Below, piece after piece: positions 1 to 8,972 of a stretch of DNA of 32,000 nt. The notes under the pieces are model-generated. The model saw only the letters and a program-made list of their open reading frames with translations, was not told the origin of the DNA and searched no databases. Positions within the stretch are counted from its first letter, which is position 1, and each line of letters begins with the position of its first letter. Position numbers and translations under genes: made by a program. Source of the DNA: Moraxellaceae bacterium AER2_44_116 (lineage in GTDB: Bacteria; Pseudomonadota; Gammaproteobacteria; Pseudomonadales; Moraxellaceae); NCBI GenBank assembly GCA_006546595.1, contig VIAD01000019.1, forward strand, positions 17,493 to 49,492, read 5' to 3'.

Positions 1-202
1 GTAACACTAATCCCGCATAAGCAGCATCTTGAATATAAATCGCCAGCCCTGTACCAATTAATTTGGTTTCACCCGCTTCTAAGGTTAATGGTTCAGAAAT
101 ACACGCACGTAAATCTAAGCCCGCCGAACCTATTGTTGCGTAGCTTGGCAGTGGAAACTCTTGACCAATACGCGCATCTAATATCTTAACTTGTAGTTTC
201 AT
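1..202 (-). CDS. dut: dUTP diphosphatase (dUTPase), N-terminal portion; the 3' end lies beyond the window start
   Basis: Reverse translation from the ATG at 200-202 gives [34 protein letters not shown]..., the conserved Dut N-terminus. It sits 13 nt downstream of the coaBC stop, matching the enterobacterial dfp-dut order. It is absent from the ORF track because it is truncated. Confidence 0.85.
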   Translation of the reverse strand, partial: MKLQVKILDARIGQEFPLPSYATIGSAGLDLRACISEPLTLEAGETKLIGTGLAIYIQDAAYAGLVL

Positions 203-215
203 GACTCATTCATCA

Positions 216-1424
216 TCAAAGGTGATTGATTAATTGTTTAGCACACAACGCAACTAATGTTCGCGCAATATACGCTTTGGGTGCTTTTTCTAAGTGTTTC
301 ATACCGTTATGCCAAAATACGGTCATGGCATTATCATCACTTTGAAAGCCTATATCTGTACGTGAGACATCATTACAGGCAATCATATCTAATTTTTTAG
401 CGTGTAACTTAGCACGGGCATAATCTTCTACACGTTCTGTTTCTGCAGCAAAACCTAACATAAAAGGCTTATTAGGTAATTGGGCAATCGTCGCCACAAT
501 ATCAGGATTTTTGACTAATTCGATGCTGATAACATCACCCACTTTTTTGATTTTTTGCTCGGCAATATTCGCTGGCCGATAATCTGCAACGGCCGCTGTT
601 GCCATAAAAACATCACACCCCAAAGCAACCGCTTCTTGACTTGCCGCCAACATCTCTAAAGCACTAATGACTTTAATTTGCTGAACACGGTCAGGTGTCG
701 CGATATGCACAGGACCGCTAATTAACGTCACCTGCGCGCCCGCTTCTATGCAGGCTTCCGCCAAAGAAAAACCCATTTTTCCTGAACTGTGATTACTAAT
801 ATAACGAACTGGGTCTAATGCCTCACGCGTTGGCCCCGCCGTAATAACCACGCGCTTACCTGTTAATAGACCCGTTTGAAATAAATTAGCGCAATGTTGT
901 GCCAACTCAACCGCTTCCAACATACGTCCTGCACCCACATCACCACACGCTTGCAGGCCTGATGCGGGTTGAAAAACAGTCACGCCATGCGCTTGCAATG
1001 TGGCCACGTTTTCTTGCGTCACTTGTGCCGCCCACATTTGCTGATTCATGGCGGGAGCAACGGCACGTTTAGCGCGCGTCGCCAACCACAGTGTTGTTAA
1101 TAAATCGTTGGCCGTGCCTTGTGCTAGTCGCGCCATGACATCAGCACTCGCTGGCGCAATTAATACTAAATCAGCCCAACGAGCTAATTCGATATGTCCC
1201 ATACCTGCTTCGGCATCAGCATTTAATAGCTCGGTATGGACTGGATTGCCCGATAAAGCCTGCATCGTCAATGGCGTAATAAACTGCTGCGCCGCTGCGG
1301 TCATCACGACTTGTACTTCTGCCCCTGCATCACGCAGACGGCGCACTAAATCAGCACTTTTATAGGCAGCAATGCCGCCACTGATCCCAAGAACAACACG
1401 TTTATGTATTAATGTCGCCAACAT
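216..1424 (-). CDS. coaBC: Bifunctional phosphopantothenoylcysteine decarboxylase / phosphopantothenate-cysteine ligase
   Basis: 402-aa ORF. The N-terminal flavoprotein motif is [13 protein letters not shown] and the C-terminal synthetase half contains [10 protein letters not shown]. It lies upstream of dut and divergent from radC, as in E. coli. Confidence 0.95.
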   Translation of the reverse strand: MLATLIHKRVVLGISGGIAAYKSADLVRRLRDAGAEVQVVMTAAAQQFITPLTMQALSGNPVHTELLNADAEAGMGHIELARWADLVLIAPASADVMARLAQGTANDLLTTLWLATRAKRAVAPAMNQQMWAAQVTQENVATLQAHGVTVFQPASGLQACGDVGAGRMLEAVELAQHCANLFQTGLLTGKRVVITAGPTREALDPVRYISNHSSGKMGFSLAEACIEAGAQVTLISGPVHIATPDRVQQIKVISALEMLAASQEAVALGCDVFMATAAVADYRPANIAEQKIKKVGDVISIELVKNPDIVATIAQLPNKPFMLGFAAETERVEDYARAKLHAKKLDMIACNDVSRTDIGFQSDDNAMTVFWHNGMKHLEKAPKAYIARTLVALCAKQLINHL

Positions 1425-1500
1425 TGAGCTTAATCATCACAAGACAAAACAATGCAACAAAGATACCATTACTAAGACCATTGATAAAAGGATTTATACC

Positions 1501-2175
1501 ATGTCTATTACAGATTGGCCTATTGCAGAGCGTCCGCGTGAGAAATTACTGCAACAGGGGGCTGAATACCTCTCTGATGCCGAATTATTAGCCGTTTTCT
1601 TACGAACAGGCACAGCCCAAAAAACAGCCGTTGATATTGGTCGCGATTTAATTAACAACTTTGGTTCATTACGCCATTTATTAGAAGCAATGCCTGAAGA
1701 TGTACTCGCTCAAGATGGCATTGGCCCTGCTAAATATGCCCTATTAATGGCCTCTCTCGAATTGGGACGGCGACATTTAGCCCAATCTCTTGGCGAAAAA
1801 GAATTACTGACCAATCCGCAAATGGTAAAAAGCTTTTTACGCGCTCGCCTACGTCATCAACGTCATGAAGTTTTTGCGGCGTTATTTTTAGACACGCAAA
1901 ATAAATTACTGACTTTTGAAATCTTATTTCAAGGCACATTAGATAGTTGTGCTGTGCATCCACGAGAAGTCGTTAAACGTGCTATCGCGTTACATGCCGC
2001 AAGTATTATTTTTGCCCACAATCATCCTTCGGGTCATGCCGAACCCTCTGCCGCCGATAAAAGTATTACTGAGCGTTTAAAGTCGGCACTGGCGTTGATT
2101 GATGTCCGCGTGCTGGATCATTTGGTGATTGGTGATAGTGACGTTGTCTCGCTAGCGGAACGAGGTTGGATTTAG
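1501..2175 (+). CDS. radC: RadC-like JAB-domain protein (UPF0758/YicR family)
   Basis: The conserved N-terminus [17 protein letters not shown] starts at ATG 1501. The ORF-track start at 1372 would overlap the coaBC start. The C-terminus has the JAMM-like motif [16 protein letters not shown]. Confidence 0.9.
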   Translation: MSITDWPIAERPREKLLQQGAEYLSDAELLAVFLRTGTAQKTAVDIGRDLINNFGSLRHLLEAMPEDVLAQDGIGPAKYALLMASLELGRRHLAQSLGEKELLTNPQMVKSFLRARLRHQRHEVFAALFLDTQNKLLTFEILFQGTLDSCAVHPREVVKRAIALHAASIIFAHNHPSGHAEPSAADKSITERLKSALALIDVRVLDHLVIGDSDVVSLAERGWI

Positions 2176-2205
2176 ATTGCTTCCCATAATATAAGAGAAA
2201 AACAA

Positions 2206-3054
2206 ATGAATTATAGCAACCCAGAATTACCGACTTCTGAACCCGAATCTGTTGCACGAGGTGAATTAGGAGAACTCATACGATTATTGTGCATAGTTAT
2301 TGTCATAATTGTCGTTATAGTTGGCTTTATTGACCGTCTGGTCTATTTTTTAGCACCAAGAACACCCTTTATTTGGGAAACTTATCTCGCGCAGACCGTT
2401 AATGTTGCCACGTTTATTGCGAAAGAAAATACCGCACCCACCCATCATGCTATCGAGCGCGAACTACAACAGAGGGCTAATGGCATTGCGAGGTTGATGT
2501 TAATACCGACTGACATGCCCATAACTGTTCACTATGTCGATACTGGTGTTGTCAATGCCTTTGCAACCATTGGAGGACATTTATTTATCTATCAAGGCTT
2601 ATTAGATAAAATTCAGTTTGAAGAAGAGCTAGATGCCGTTTTAATACACGAAATAACCCACGTCTACAAACAGCATATCGCACAACAAATGAGCCGATCT
2701 CTGTTACTCATCGGTACGTTATCAGCAATGCATATGAATAATTCAGGTTTAGGTCGTTGGATATTAGGCGATAGTAGTCAGTTGGGATTAATGGCCTACT
2801 CACGCTCTGCGGAAAAAGAAGCCGATCTTATGGCGATGCAAATAAGTCAAAAGCGTTACGGGCACACTCAAGGAATGGTCAGCCTAATGAAAACACTCGA
2901 CAAGGAAACAAAAAATCAGCCACAACTCGCTTGGACACAATCACATCCTGATACCATTTCACGAATTTTGGCTGCACAACAGTACATGCCGACAGGTAAT
3001 ACCACATTACCTATCGGCATGCATGACCTTCCTGCCTACTTTAAGCACCATTAA
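2206..3054 (+). CDS. Membrane-anchored M48-family zinc metallopeptidase
   Basis: 282-aa ORF with one N-terminal hydrophobic helix (LLCIVIVIIVVIVGF). It has the HExxH zinc motif (LIHEITHVYKQH) and downstream SAEKEADLMA and SHPDTISRI motifs typical of M48 (HtpX/Ste24-like) peptidases. Confidence 0.8.
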   Translation: MNYSNPELPTSEPESVARGELGELIRLLCIVIVIIVVIVGFIDRLVYFLAPRTPFIWETYLAQTVNVATFIAKENTAPTHHAIERELQQRANGIARLMLIPTDMPITVHYVDTGVVNAFATIGGHLFIYQGLLDKIQFEEELDAVLIHEITHVYKQHIAQQMSRSLLLIGTLSAMHMNNSGLGRWILGDSSQLGLMAYSRSAEKEADLMAMQISQKRYGHTQGMVSLMKTLDKETKNQPQLAWTQSHPDTISRILAAQQYMPTGNTTLPIGMHDLPAYFKHH

Positions 3055-3059
3055 CGTAT

Positions 3060-4130
3060 TTACTTTTGCCCGTGTATCTGATGCCTTGACTGATAAAATT
3101 CACGATATTTTTTAGACAAAGCGTCAGCATCATATTGATAAAAGCCTAATATACCTTTTTGAAGCGGGACTGAGATAACCATTCCTGTTTTTTGTGCCCG
3201 CCAATAATCATCATTGACATCGTCAAAGCGAATAACTGGAAACAATAACTTCGTCGGTTTTAAGCTGATATCTTCCTGCAAAACATAAGACACGTCCTGC
3301 AAAGGCGAAGCGGTTAGAGTGTTAAGGCGTAAAGCGATAAAATATAATGCCGCAGCCATCATCGGGACAAACAAAACCGTCAGCAGTACTTTATCGGAAA
3401 TTGGCAAATTAGAACGCTTACTACGAAAGATCGCGGTGATCGCTAATAAACTTGCAACACAAAAGAAAACACGCCACGGAGCACCATTGACGTAACGCAA
3501 CAAAGGTATTTTATTAGCAAGAACGCTTTCAGAAATACAATAAACTGCTAACAGTAAAGTTACACCCAAACTGATTTGAGCATACCTATTTTTAAACGTC
3601 TGAAACTGTTTAGTTTCTACTTCAGGGATGATGACAGGTTGGTAATGCGCCACACTACAAGCAACATCATCTTGCGCCGTGACAAAAGCAGTTCCATAAG
3701 CAAGCACTTCAACTTGCGGTGCTTCACCCTGTCGAGGATTAGAAATTTGCGTTGTTTCAAATTTAACATTAAAAATCATCGAGGCATTCTGAGCTTTTGC
3801 CGCTTGCTTCATCCGAACAATTGCCTGCCTACGCCCCCTGTGGATTAAGTCTTCATACACAGAATAATTTCCACCCACAAACTTCCGCAATCCACCTAAA
3901 AGAAAACGAAAATAGTCTGAGCCAATCACTGCACTACCCGCAACTAACATGGGGTCTTGTCTAGTATTAGGAATACGTTGAGGATAACGCGTTGCAAACA
4001 CCAATATATTTTTAACGGTGAGTTCTTCCTCTTTAAGTGAGCGCAAATGCACTCTCTCGTTGTGGCGACCACGGAAATAGCCGATAACAACGAACAACAA
4101 AAAGATCGCTAACTTAATGACAGCCGCCAT
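3060..4130 (-). CDS. YbjQ/UPF0145-domain protein fused to a multi-pass membrane domain and a C-terminal domain of unknown function
   Basis: 356-aa ORF with an N-terminal TM helix (VIKLAIFLLFVVIGYF). Residues ~40-160 align to the YbjQ fold signature (GSAVIGSDYFRFLLGGLRKFVGGNYSVYEDLI...RRQAIVRMKQAAKAQNA...VLAYGTAF). About three hydrophobic helices follow (ISLGVTLLLAVYCI, VFFCVASLLAITAIF, VLLTVLFVPMMAAALYFIAL), then ~80 soluble residues. It lies 12 nt downstream of the small ybjQ-like gene. Confidence 0.7.
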   Translation of the reverse strand: MAAVIKLAIFLLFVVIGYFRGRHNERVHLRSLKEEELTVKNILVFATRYPQRIPNTRQDPMLVAGSAVIGSDYFRFLLGGLRKFVGGNYSVYEDLIHRGRRQAIVRMKQAAKAQNASMIFNVKFETTQISNPRQGEAPQVEVLAYGTAFVTAQDDVACSVAHYQPVIIPEVETKQFQTFKNRYAQISLGVTLLLAVYCISESVLANKIPLLRYVNGAPWRVFFCVASLLAITAIFRSKRSNLPISDKVLLTVLFVPMMAAALYFIALRLNTLTASPLQDVSYVLQEDISLKPTKLLFPVIRFDDVNDDYWRAQKTGMVISVPLQKGILGFYQYDADALSKKYREFYQSRHQIHGQK

Positions 4131-4142
4131 AATATCGACATC

Positions 4143-4457
4143 CTATTTAAGCGTTACCGCAGTACCATAGGCTAAAATCTCTGCGGCTCCCGTCGTTACG
4201 GATGTTGATGTATAGCGAACATTTAATACTGCATTTGCCCCTAATTGCTCGGCCTGCTCTACCATACGATTGGTCGCTTGATTACGTGCCTCCGTTAAAA
4301 GCTCGGTATATGCTTTTAACTCACCACCCACGACATTTTTAAGCCCAGCCATAATGTCACGCCCAACATGCTTACTACGGACTGTACTGCCTTGGACAAC
4401 ACCTAGATGAGCTATAATTTGACGATCAGGTATAATCTCTAGATTACTGAGCAACAT
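4143..4457 (-). CDS. ybjQ: YbjQ family protein (UPF0145, putative heavy-metal-binding domain)
   Basis: MLLSNLEIIPDRQIIAHLGVVQGSTVRSKHVGRDIMAGLKNVVGGELKAYTELL...ANAVLNVRY...ILAYGTAV matches YbjQ across its full length. I chose the ATG at 4457 because an AAGGAAG Shine-Dalgarno lies ~8 nt upstream. The ORF-track start at 4511 adds 18 non-conserved residues. Confidence 0.85.
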   Translation of the reverse strand: MLLSNLEIIPDRQIIAHLGVVQGSTVRSKHVGRDIMAGLKNVVGGELKAYTELLTEARNQATNRMVEQAEQLGANAVLNVRYTSTSVTTGAAEILAYGTAVTLK

Positions 4458-4598
4458 ATCTTTATCTTCCTTATTTTTTCCATCACAACAGACTTTTTCA
4501 TGGTGTATCAACTATAAACCATGTGCGTACACTATTCTAACACCTCTTACACTTCAAAAAGTGTAACCAAAACCGCAGTAGCCATAAACATTTATTCA

Positions 4599-4627
4599 TT
4601 GCCTCACTTACCTATCTACCGTATAAT
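4599..4627 (+). promoter_or_regulatory. Sigma70-type promoter for the rpsF operon
   Basis: TTGCCT (4599-4604), a 17-nt spacer, then a perfect TATAAT (4622-4627). This predicts a ~145-nt leader before the rpsF ATG at 4781. Confidence 0.6.
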
Positions 4628-4780
4628 CCGCCACCCTTTGTTGCAAGTTCAACAAAGGTAGCGAATCCAATAACGTGTTTACGGCTGACGAAGGTATTTT
4701 TTGTTTGTCCTGTTAATTATTGTGATTTTACTCCTTGCCCCCGCAATATCGCTGGGGCTGCCAACCCGTAAGGAGCAAAC

Positions 4781-5161
4781 ATGCGTCATTACGAAATCGT
4801 TTTGCTGGTTCACCCAGATCAAAGCGAACAAGTCTCTGCTATGGTAGAGCGTTACACCGCGACGGTGAAAGACTCTGGTGGTCAAGTCCATCGTTTAGAA
4901 GATTGGGGTCGTCGCCAACTCGCTTATCCCATCGACAAAATTCACAAAGCACATTATGTGTTGTTGAACGTCGAATGCGATCAAAAAATTGTTGATGAAT
5001 TGGGCGAAGCCTTCCGCTACAACGATGCCGTTATTCGTAACGTGATTATTCGTCGCGATGCTGCTATTACCGAAGAGTCCTTGTTAGCTAAAAGTGCCGA
5101 AGAAAAACGCGCTCGTAAAGCTGCACGCTCTGACGACTCCCTTTCTTCTGATGAAGGTTAA
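4781..5161 (+). CDS. rpsF: 30S ribosomal protein S6
   Basis: [18 protein letters not shown]... is the canonical S6 N-terminus, and the protein has an acidic C-terminal tail. A TAAGGAG RBS precedes the gene. Confidence 0.97.
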   Translation: MRHYEIVLLVHPDQSEQVSAMVERYTATVKDSGGQVHRLEDWGRRQLAYPIDKIHKAHYVLLNVECDQKIVDELGEAFRYNDAVIRNVIIRRDAAITEESLLAKSAEEKRARKAARSDDSLSSDEG

Positions 5162-5178
5162 CCTTTAGGAGATTCATC

Positions 5179-5406
5179 ATGGCGCGTTTTTACCGTCGTC
5201 GCAAATTCTGCCGTTTCACCGCAGAAAACACCGTTTATATTGACTACAAAGATTTAGAAACTTTGAAGCAATACGTCACTGAAAATGGCAAAATTGTCCC
5301 TAGCCGTATTACAGGTACAAAAGCTCGTTATCAGCGTCAGTTGGCATTAGCCATCAAGCAAGCCCGTTATTTGGCTCTGCTCCCTTATACCGACAACCAT
5401 CAGTAA
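5179..5406 (+). CDS. rpsR: 30S ribosomal protein S18
   Basis: [16 protein letters not shown]...IDYKD...[19 protein letters not shown] is canonical S18. It lies 17 nt after rpsF. Confidence 0.97.
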   Translation: MARFYRRRKFCRFTAENTVYIDYKDLETLKQYVTENGKIVPSRITGTKARYQRQLALAIKQARYLALLPYTDNHQ

Positions 5407-5418
5407 GAGGCGTGCATA

Positions 5419-5865
5419 ATGGAAATTATTCTGCTTGAGAAAGTCACCAACTTAGGCGCGTTAGGCGCAAAAGTAAACGTAAAATCTGGCTATGGCCGTA
5501 ACTTCTTGATTCCTTATGGCAAAGCAGTTCCTGCGACTAAAGCCAATTTGGAAGCTTTTGAAGCCCGTCGCGCTGAGTTAGAACGTCAAGAAGCTGAAGT
5601 ATTAGCCAACGCGCAAGCACGTGCTACTCAGTTGTCCAGTGTTGCTGTGGTTATCGCTGCTAAATCGGGCGACGAAGGCAAGCTGTTCGGCTCTGTTGGT
5701 ACACGCGACATCGCTGAAGCAATTACTGCTGCTGGCGTTGCTGTTGACAAACTCGAAGTTCGCTTGCCTAATGGCGCACTTCGTAACACGGGCGCATTCA
5801 CGATTGCTCTGCATTTGCATAGCGATGTGGTTGCCGAAGTGTCATTGACGATTGTTTCTGAATAA
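5419..5865 (+). CDS. rplI: 50S ribosomal protein L9
   Basis: [37 protein letters not shown] is the canonical L9 N-terminal domain. Confidence 0.97.
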   Translation: MEIILLEKVTNLGALGAKVNVKSGYGRNFLIPYGKAVPATKANLEAFEARRAELERQEAEVLANAQARATQLSSVAVVIAAKSGDEGKLFGSVGTRDIAEAITAAGVAVDKLEVRLPNGALRNTGAFTIALHLHSDVVAEVSLTIVSE

Positions 5866-5889
5866 GAACAGCCGTTGATGCAATAAAAA

Positions 5890-5921
5890 GCACTGTTATG
5901 GCAACATAACGGTGCTTTTTT
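5890..5921 (+). terminator. Rho-independent terminator of the rpsF-rpsR-rplI operon
   Basis: Stem GCACTGTTATG (5890-5900), loop GCAA, stem CATAACGGTGC (5905-5915, one G-U pair), followed by TTTTTT. Confidence 0.8.
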
Positions 5922-6122
5922 ATCCTCTGTGTTTTTTCAAATGCAACACATTCGCCAATAAAAAATCTCTAAAAAAATCTAGGTTAATACATTATTTTGT
6001 GGCTTAATTAAGGTCTGCATCGCCGTGTTGCTCGCCAAAACAAAGAGAAAATACAATCTACGCCAAGCACGTATTACGTTAAAAAACCTATCTACCGTCG
6101 TTCATTTTTCGCTGGTATCACG

Positions 6123-7526
6123 ATGAATACAAGTCTTCAAATTGCTGACAATGATGTTGTTACTTTGCTCAAAGTGCCGCCGCATAGTCTCACACTAGAG
6201 CAAGCCATTCTCTCAGGATTAATGGCAGAACCCGAAGTGTGGGATAATTTAGCCGCCATTATCAGCGATACAGATTTTTACTCGCCACGCCATAAGATGA
6301 TTTTTGATGCCATTGCGACGCTAATCAAACAGGAGCAACCCTGCGATGCCCTGCTGGTTGCCAAGCACATGGAAGAGATTGGTACATTAGAAAAAGCAGG
6401 TGGTGAAGCCTATTTAGGACAAATTCTACGTGACTCGCCTGCGACAACCGCCAACATCGAAATTTATGCGGAGCGTGTGCGTGAGTTTTCTATTTTACGA
6501 CAACTAATTTCAAGCACGAGTGATATTGCCAACTCGGCTTATCATCCCAAAGGTGAATCCGCCTCAGCGATTCTCGATCAAGCGGAAAGTAAAATATTTG
6601 CCATTGCCGAACAACAAAAAAACCGTACCGTGCAAAGTGGCCCACAACTGATTAAGCCCTTGCTCGCTAAAACATTGCAAAAAATTGATGAACTTTTTCA
6701 CTCAAGTGAAGCATTAACAGGCATTAGCACAGGATTTTCCGACTTAGATAAACGCACGATGGGTTTGCACGGCGGTAGCTTGGTCATTGTTGCGGCACGC
6801 CCCAGTATGGGGAAAACCACATTTGCCATGAATCTCGTCGAAAGTGTCATTTTTAACACCGATTTACCCGCGTTGGTCTTTTCGATGGAAATGCCTGCCG
6901 ACCAATTATTATTACGGATGTTGTCTTCGATTGGTGGTGTTGACCAAGGACGCGTACGCTCGGGCAAATTGGAAGATGAAGACTGGCCACGCCTAACGTC
7001 GGCGATTACTCAACTCAATGAAAAACTCCTGTATATTGATGACAGTGCGGCCTTGCCTCCTTCAGAGTTACGCGCCCGCGCCCGTCGTGTTGCCCGCGAT
7101 CATGGTGGCAAAATGGGCTTAATCATGGTTGACTATTTACAGTTAATGCGCGTACCCGGTTTTGATAATAACCGTGTGAATGAAGTCGCCGAAATTTCCC
7201 GCTCGCTGAAAGCATTAGCCAAAGAATTAGACTGCCCCGTTGTTGCACTGTCACAGTTAAGTCGTAATTTAGAAAGTCGTCCCAACAAACGCCCCATTAT
7301 GTCTGACTTGCGTGAATCGGGTTCTATTGAGCAAGATGCTGATTTAATTATGTTTATTTATCGTGATGAAGTGTATAACGCAGACTCTAAAGATAAAGGC
7401 ACCGCCGAAATTATTATTGCCAAACAGCGTAACGGCCCTATTGGTACATCAAGATTAGCTTTCTTGGGGCATTTAACCAAGTTCCAGACCTTAGCTCCTG
7501 AATACTATCGACCCGATGATGAATAA
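6123..7526 (+). CDS. dnaB: Replicative DNA helicase DnaB
   Basis: 467-aa ORF with Walker A AARPSMGKTTFAMN, Walker B LIMVDYLQLM, and SQLSR / RESGSIEQDAD motifs. No intein-sized insertion is present. Confidence 0.97.
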   Translation: MNTSLQIADNDVVTLLKVPPHSLTLEQAILSGLMAEPEVWDNLAAIISDTDFYSPRHKMIFDAIATLIKQEQPCDALLVAKHMEEIGTLEKAGGEAYLGQILRDSPATTANIEIYAERVREFSILRQLISSTSDIANSAYHPKGESASAILDQAESKIFAIAEQQKNRTVQSGPQLIKPLLAKTLQKIDELFHSSEALTGISTGFSDLDKRTMGLHGGSLVIVAARPSMGKTTFAMNLVESVIFNTDLPALVFSMEMPADQLLLRMLSSIGGVDQGRVRSGKLEDEDWPRLTSAITQLNEKLLYIDDSAALPPSELRARARRVARDHGGKMGLIMVDYLQLMRVPGFDNNRVNEVAEISRSLKALAKELDCPVVALSQLSRNLESRPNKRPIMSDLRESGSIEQDADLIMFIYRDEVYNADSKDKGTAEIIIAKQRNGPIGTSRLAFLGHLTKFQTLAPEYYRPDDE

Positions 7527-8599
7527 TGCGTGATGCTCAATTAACGATTAATCGTTCAGCCTTACTCCATAATCTTCGCCAAGTAAAATTGGCTGCGCCA
7601 CACGCTAAAGTATTGGCAATGGTCAAAGCCGATGCCTATGGTCATGGCGCGTTAGTTGTCGCTGACACCTTATCGCCGCATGTCGATGCATTAGGTGTGG
7701 CTTTTTTAGAAGAGGCTTTAGCGTTACGCATGGCAGGGATTCGTTGTCCCATTGCAATTTTAGAAGGGGTGTTTTCTGCTGACGAGTTGGCAGCGGCACT
7801 ATCAGCACAATGCTATTTGGTCGTACATCAACCCGAACAAATTGGATTATTACAAGATTACAGAGGCGACCTAGATACGCGTGTTTGGTTAAAAATTGAT
7901 AGCGGCATGCATCGCCTAGGTTTTTCTCCGCAAGCCGCCATTGATGCTTACCAACAGCTAAACGCATTGGCTGTCGTGAAAGAGATTATTTTAACCAGTC
8001 ATTTTGCCTGTGCCGATGATTTACAGTCAGCCAAAACACGCCAGCAAATTACTGTTTTTGAGCAGTTGGCACAAGCACTACCGATACTGTCTAAAAGTAT
8101 TGCTAATTCCGCAGGTATTTTGGCTTGGCCAGAAACGCATTATCAATGGGTCAGACCGGGCATTATGCTTTATGGCTCATCGCCTTTTGCCGATAAAACC
8201 GCTAGCGAATTAAACCTACAACCCGTCATGACGCTGAGTTCGAGACTGATTGCGATTCAACAGATTAAAACAGGCGAAAGCGTTGGCTATGGCAGTACAT
8301 GGCAAGCGACACAAGATACCCGTTTAGGTGTCGTGGCGATGGGGTATGGTGATGGTTATCCACGCCATATTGGCCGTGATACCTGTGTATTAATTAATGG
8401 CCAACGTGCTGCTATTGTTGGCCGTGTCAGTATGGATATGATGACGGTTGATATCACACATATTTCCGCTGAACGCGGAGATGCTGTTGTGCTTTGGGGT
8501 GAAGACTTAACTGCCGATGAAATTGCCGCATCCGCCAATACCATTAGCTACGAGTTGTTTTGTCAGGCCACTACGCGTGCAGAGCGTTTTGTAGTTTAA
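7526..8599 (+). CDS. alr: Alanine racemase
   Basis: 357-aa ORF with the PLP-lysine motif AMVKADAYGHG and the C-terminal YGDGYPR and VSMDM motifs. Its start overlaps the dnaB stop (TAATG). The dnaB-alr order matches E. coli. Confidence 0.93.
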   Translation: MRDAQLTINRSALLHNLRQVKLAAPHAKVLAMVKADAYGHGALVVADTLSPHVDALGVAFLEEALALRMAGIRCPIAILEGVFSADELAAALSAQCYLVVHQPEQIGLLQDYRGDLDTRVWLKIDSGMHRLGFSPQAAIDAYQQLNALAVVKEIILTSHFACADDLQSAKTRQQITVFEQLAQALPILSKSIANSAGILAWPETHYQWVRPGIMLYGSSPFADKTASELNLQPVMTLSSRLIAIQQIKTGESVGYGSTWQATQDTRLGVVAMGYGDGYPRHIGRDTCVLINGQRAAIVGRVSMDMMTVDITHISAERGDAVVLWGEDLTADEIAASANTISYELFCQATTRAERFVV

Positions 8600-8600
8600 C

Positions 8601-8702
8601 GTCTGTCTATAACCAAGGCTTCGACTCCGCTCAGCCACCGCGATTACGCTCAGTCAACAACTAAACGTTCCCTGAGCGGAGTCGAAGGGATATCAGCAAC
8701 AG
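8601..8702 (-). mobile_element. MITE-like palindromic repeat, copy C (reverse orientation, shorter arms)
   Basis: Perfect 16-nt inverted arms: CTTCGACTCCGCTCAG at 8619-8634 and its complement at 8672-8687. In reverse complement the flanks (TTATAGAC, CAACAG) match copies A and B. The element begins directly after the alr stop codon. Confidence 0.5.
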
Positions 8703-8900
8703 TCAATATAACTTTTACAACTAAAAAAACTTATATTTAGACAAAAGTAATCTGGCAATCATTTTTTTGTCATCTATAGTTAAATTGTAGGCTGGCTGAA
8801 AGGAGAATTAAAAATTAGCGTTTGTGAGTTCGTTTCAACAGCAATTTGGTTTTAATTTCTAAGGTGTTCGCACCTATACCGTCCGCCGTACAGGCGTACG

Positions 8901-8934
8901 AAACCCCGCGATGTTCTGCGGGGTTTTCATTTTG
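8901..8934 (+). terminator. Rho-independent terminator, best on the plus strand and possibly bidirectional
   Basis: Stem AAACCCCGC (8901-8909), 8-nt loop, stem GCGGGGTTT (8918-8926), followed by TCATTTTG. On the minus strand only TTT follows the stem. It lies 300 nt downstream of alr and 40 nt downstream of the convergent lipoprotein gene. Confidence 0.6.
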
Positions 8935-8972
8935 GGCAATTTTTTTATAAACACAGAACAACGTAAACAATC

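Noticed and set aside
1372-1500. 5' extensions of ORF-track calls: radC at 1372, ybjQ at 4511, fadB at 14743, pyrD at 26261, ycgL at 27891, rnd at 29014
   Set aside because: In each case the conserved protein N-terminus begins at an internal ATG with a better RBS. The extension would overlap a neighbouring gene or a promoter element, so I used the shorter starts.
5162-5178. Absence of priB between rpsF and rpsR
   Set aside because: E. coli has rpsF-priB-rpsR-rplI, but here the gap is only 17 nt. To my knowledge many gammaproteobacterial lineages lack priB at this position, so this is not unusual.
8617-8689. TTCGACTCC within the repeat core, which superficially resembles a tRNA T-arm
   Set aside because: There is no acceptor stem, anticodon arm or D-arm geometry. 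The same core recurs as an inverted repeat at three loci, so it is a repeat element and not a tRNA or tRNA fragment.
8814-8855. 13-codon mini-ORF (ATT start) 7 nt after an AGGAGA motif inside the candidate sRNA region
   Set aside because: The ATT start is non-canonical and there is no conservation evidence. The alternative GTG frame lies too far from the RBS-like motif. It is noted only as a caveat to the sRNA hypothesis.
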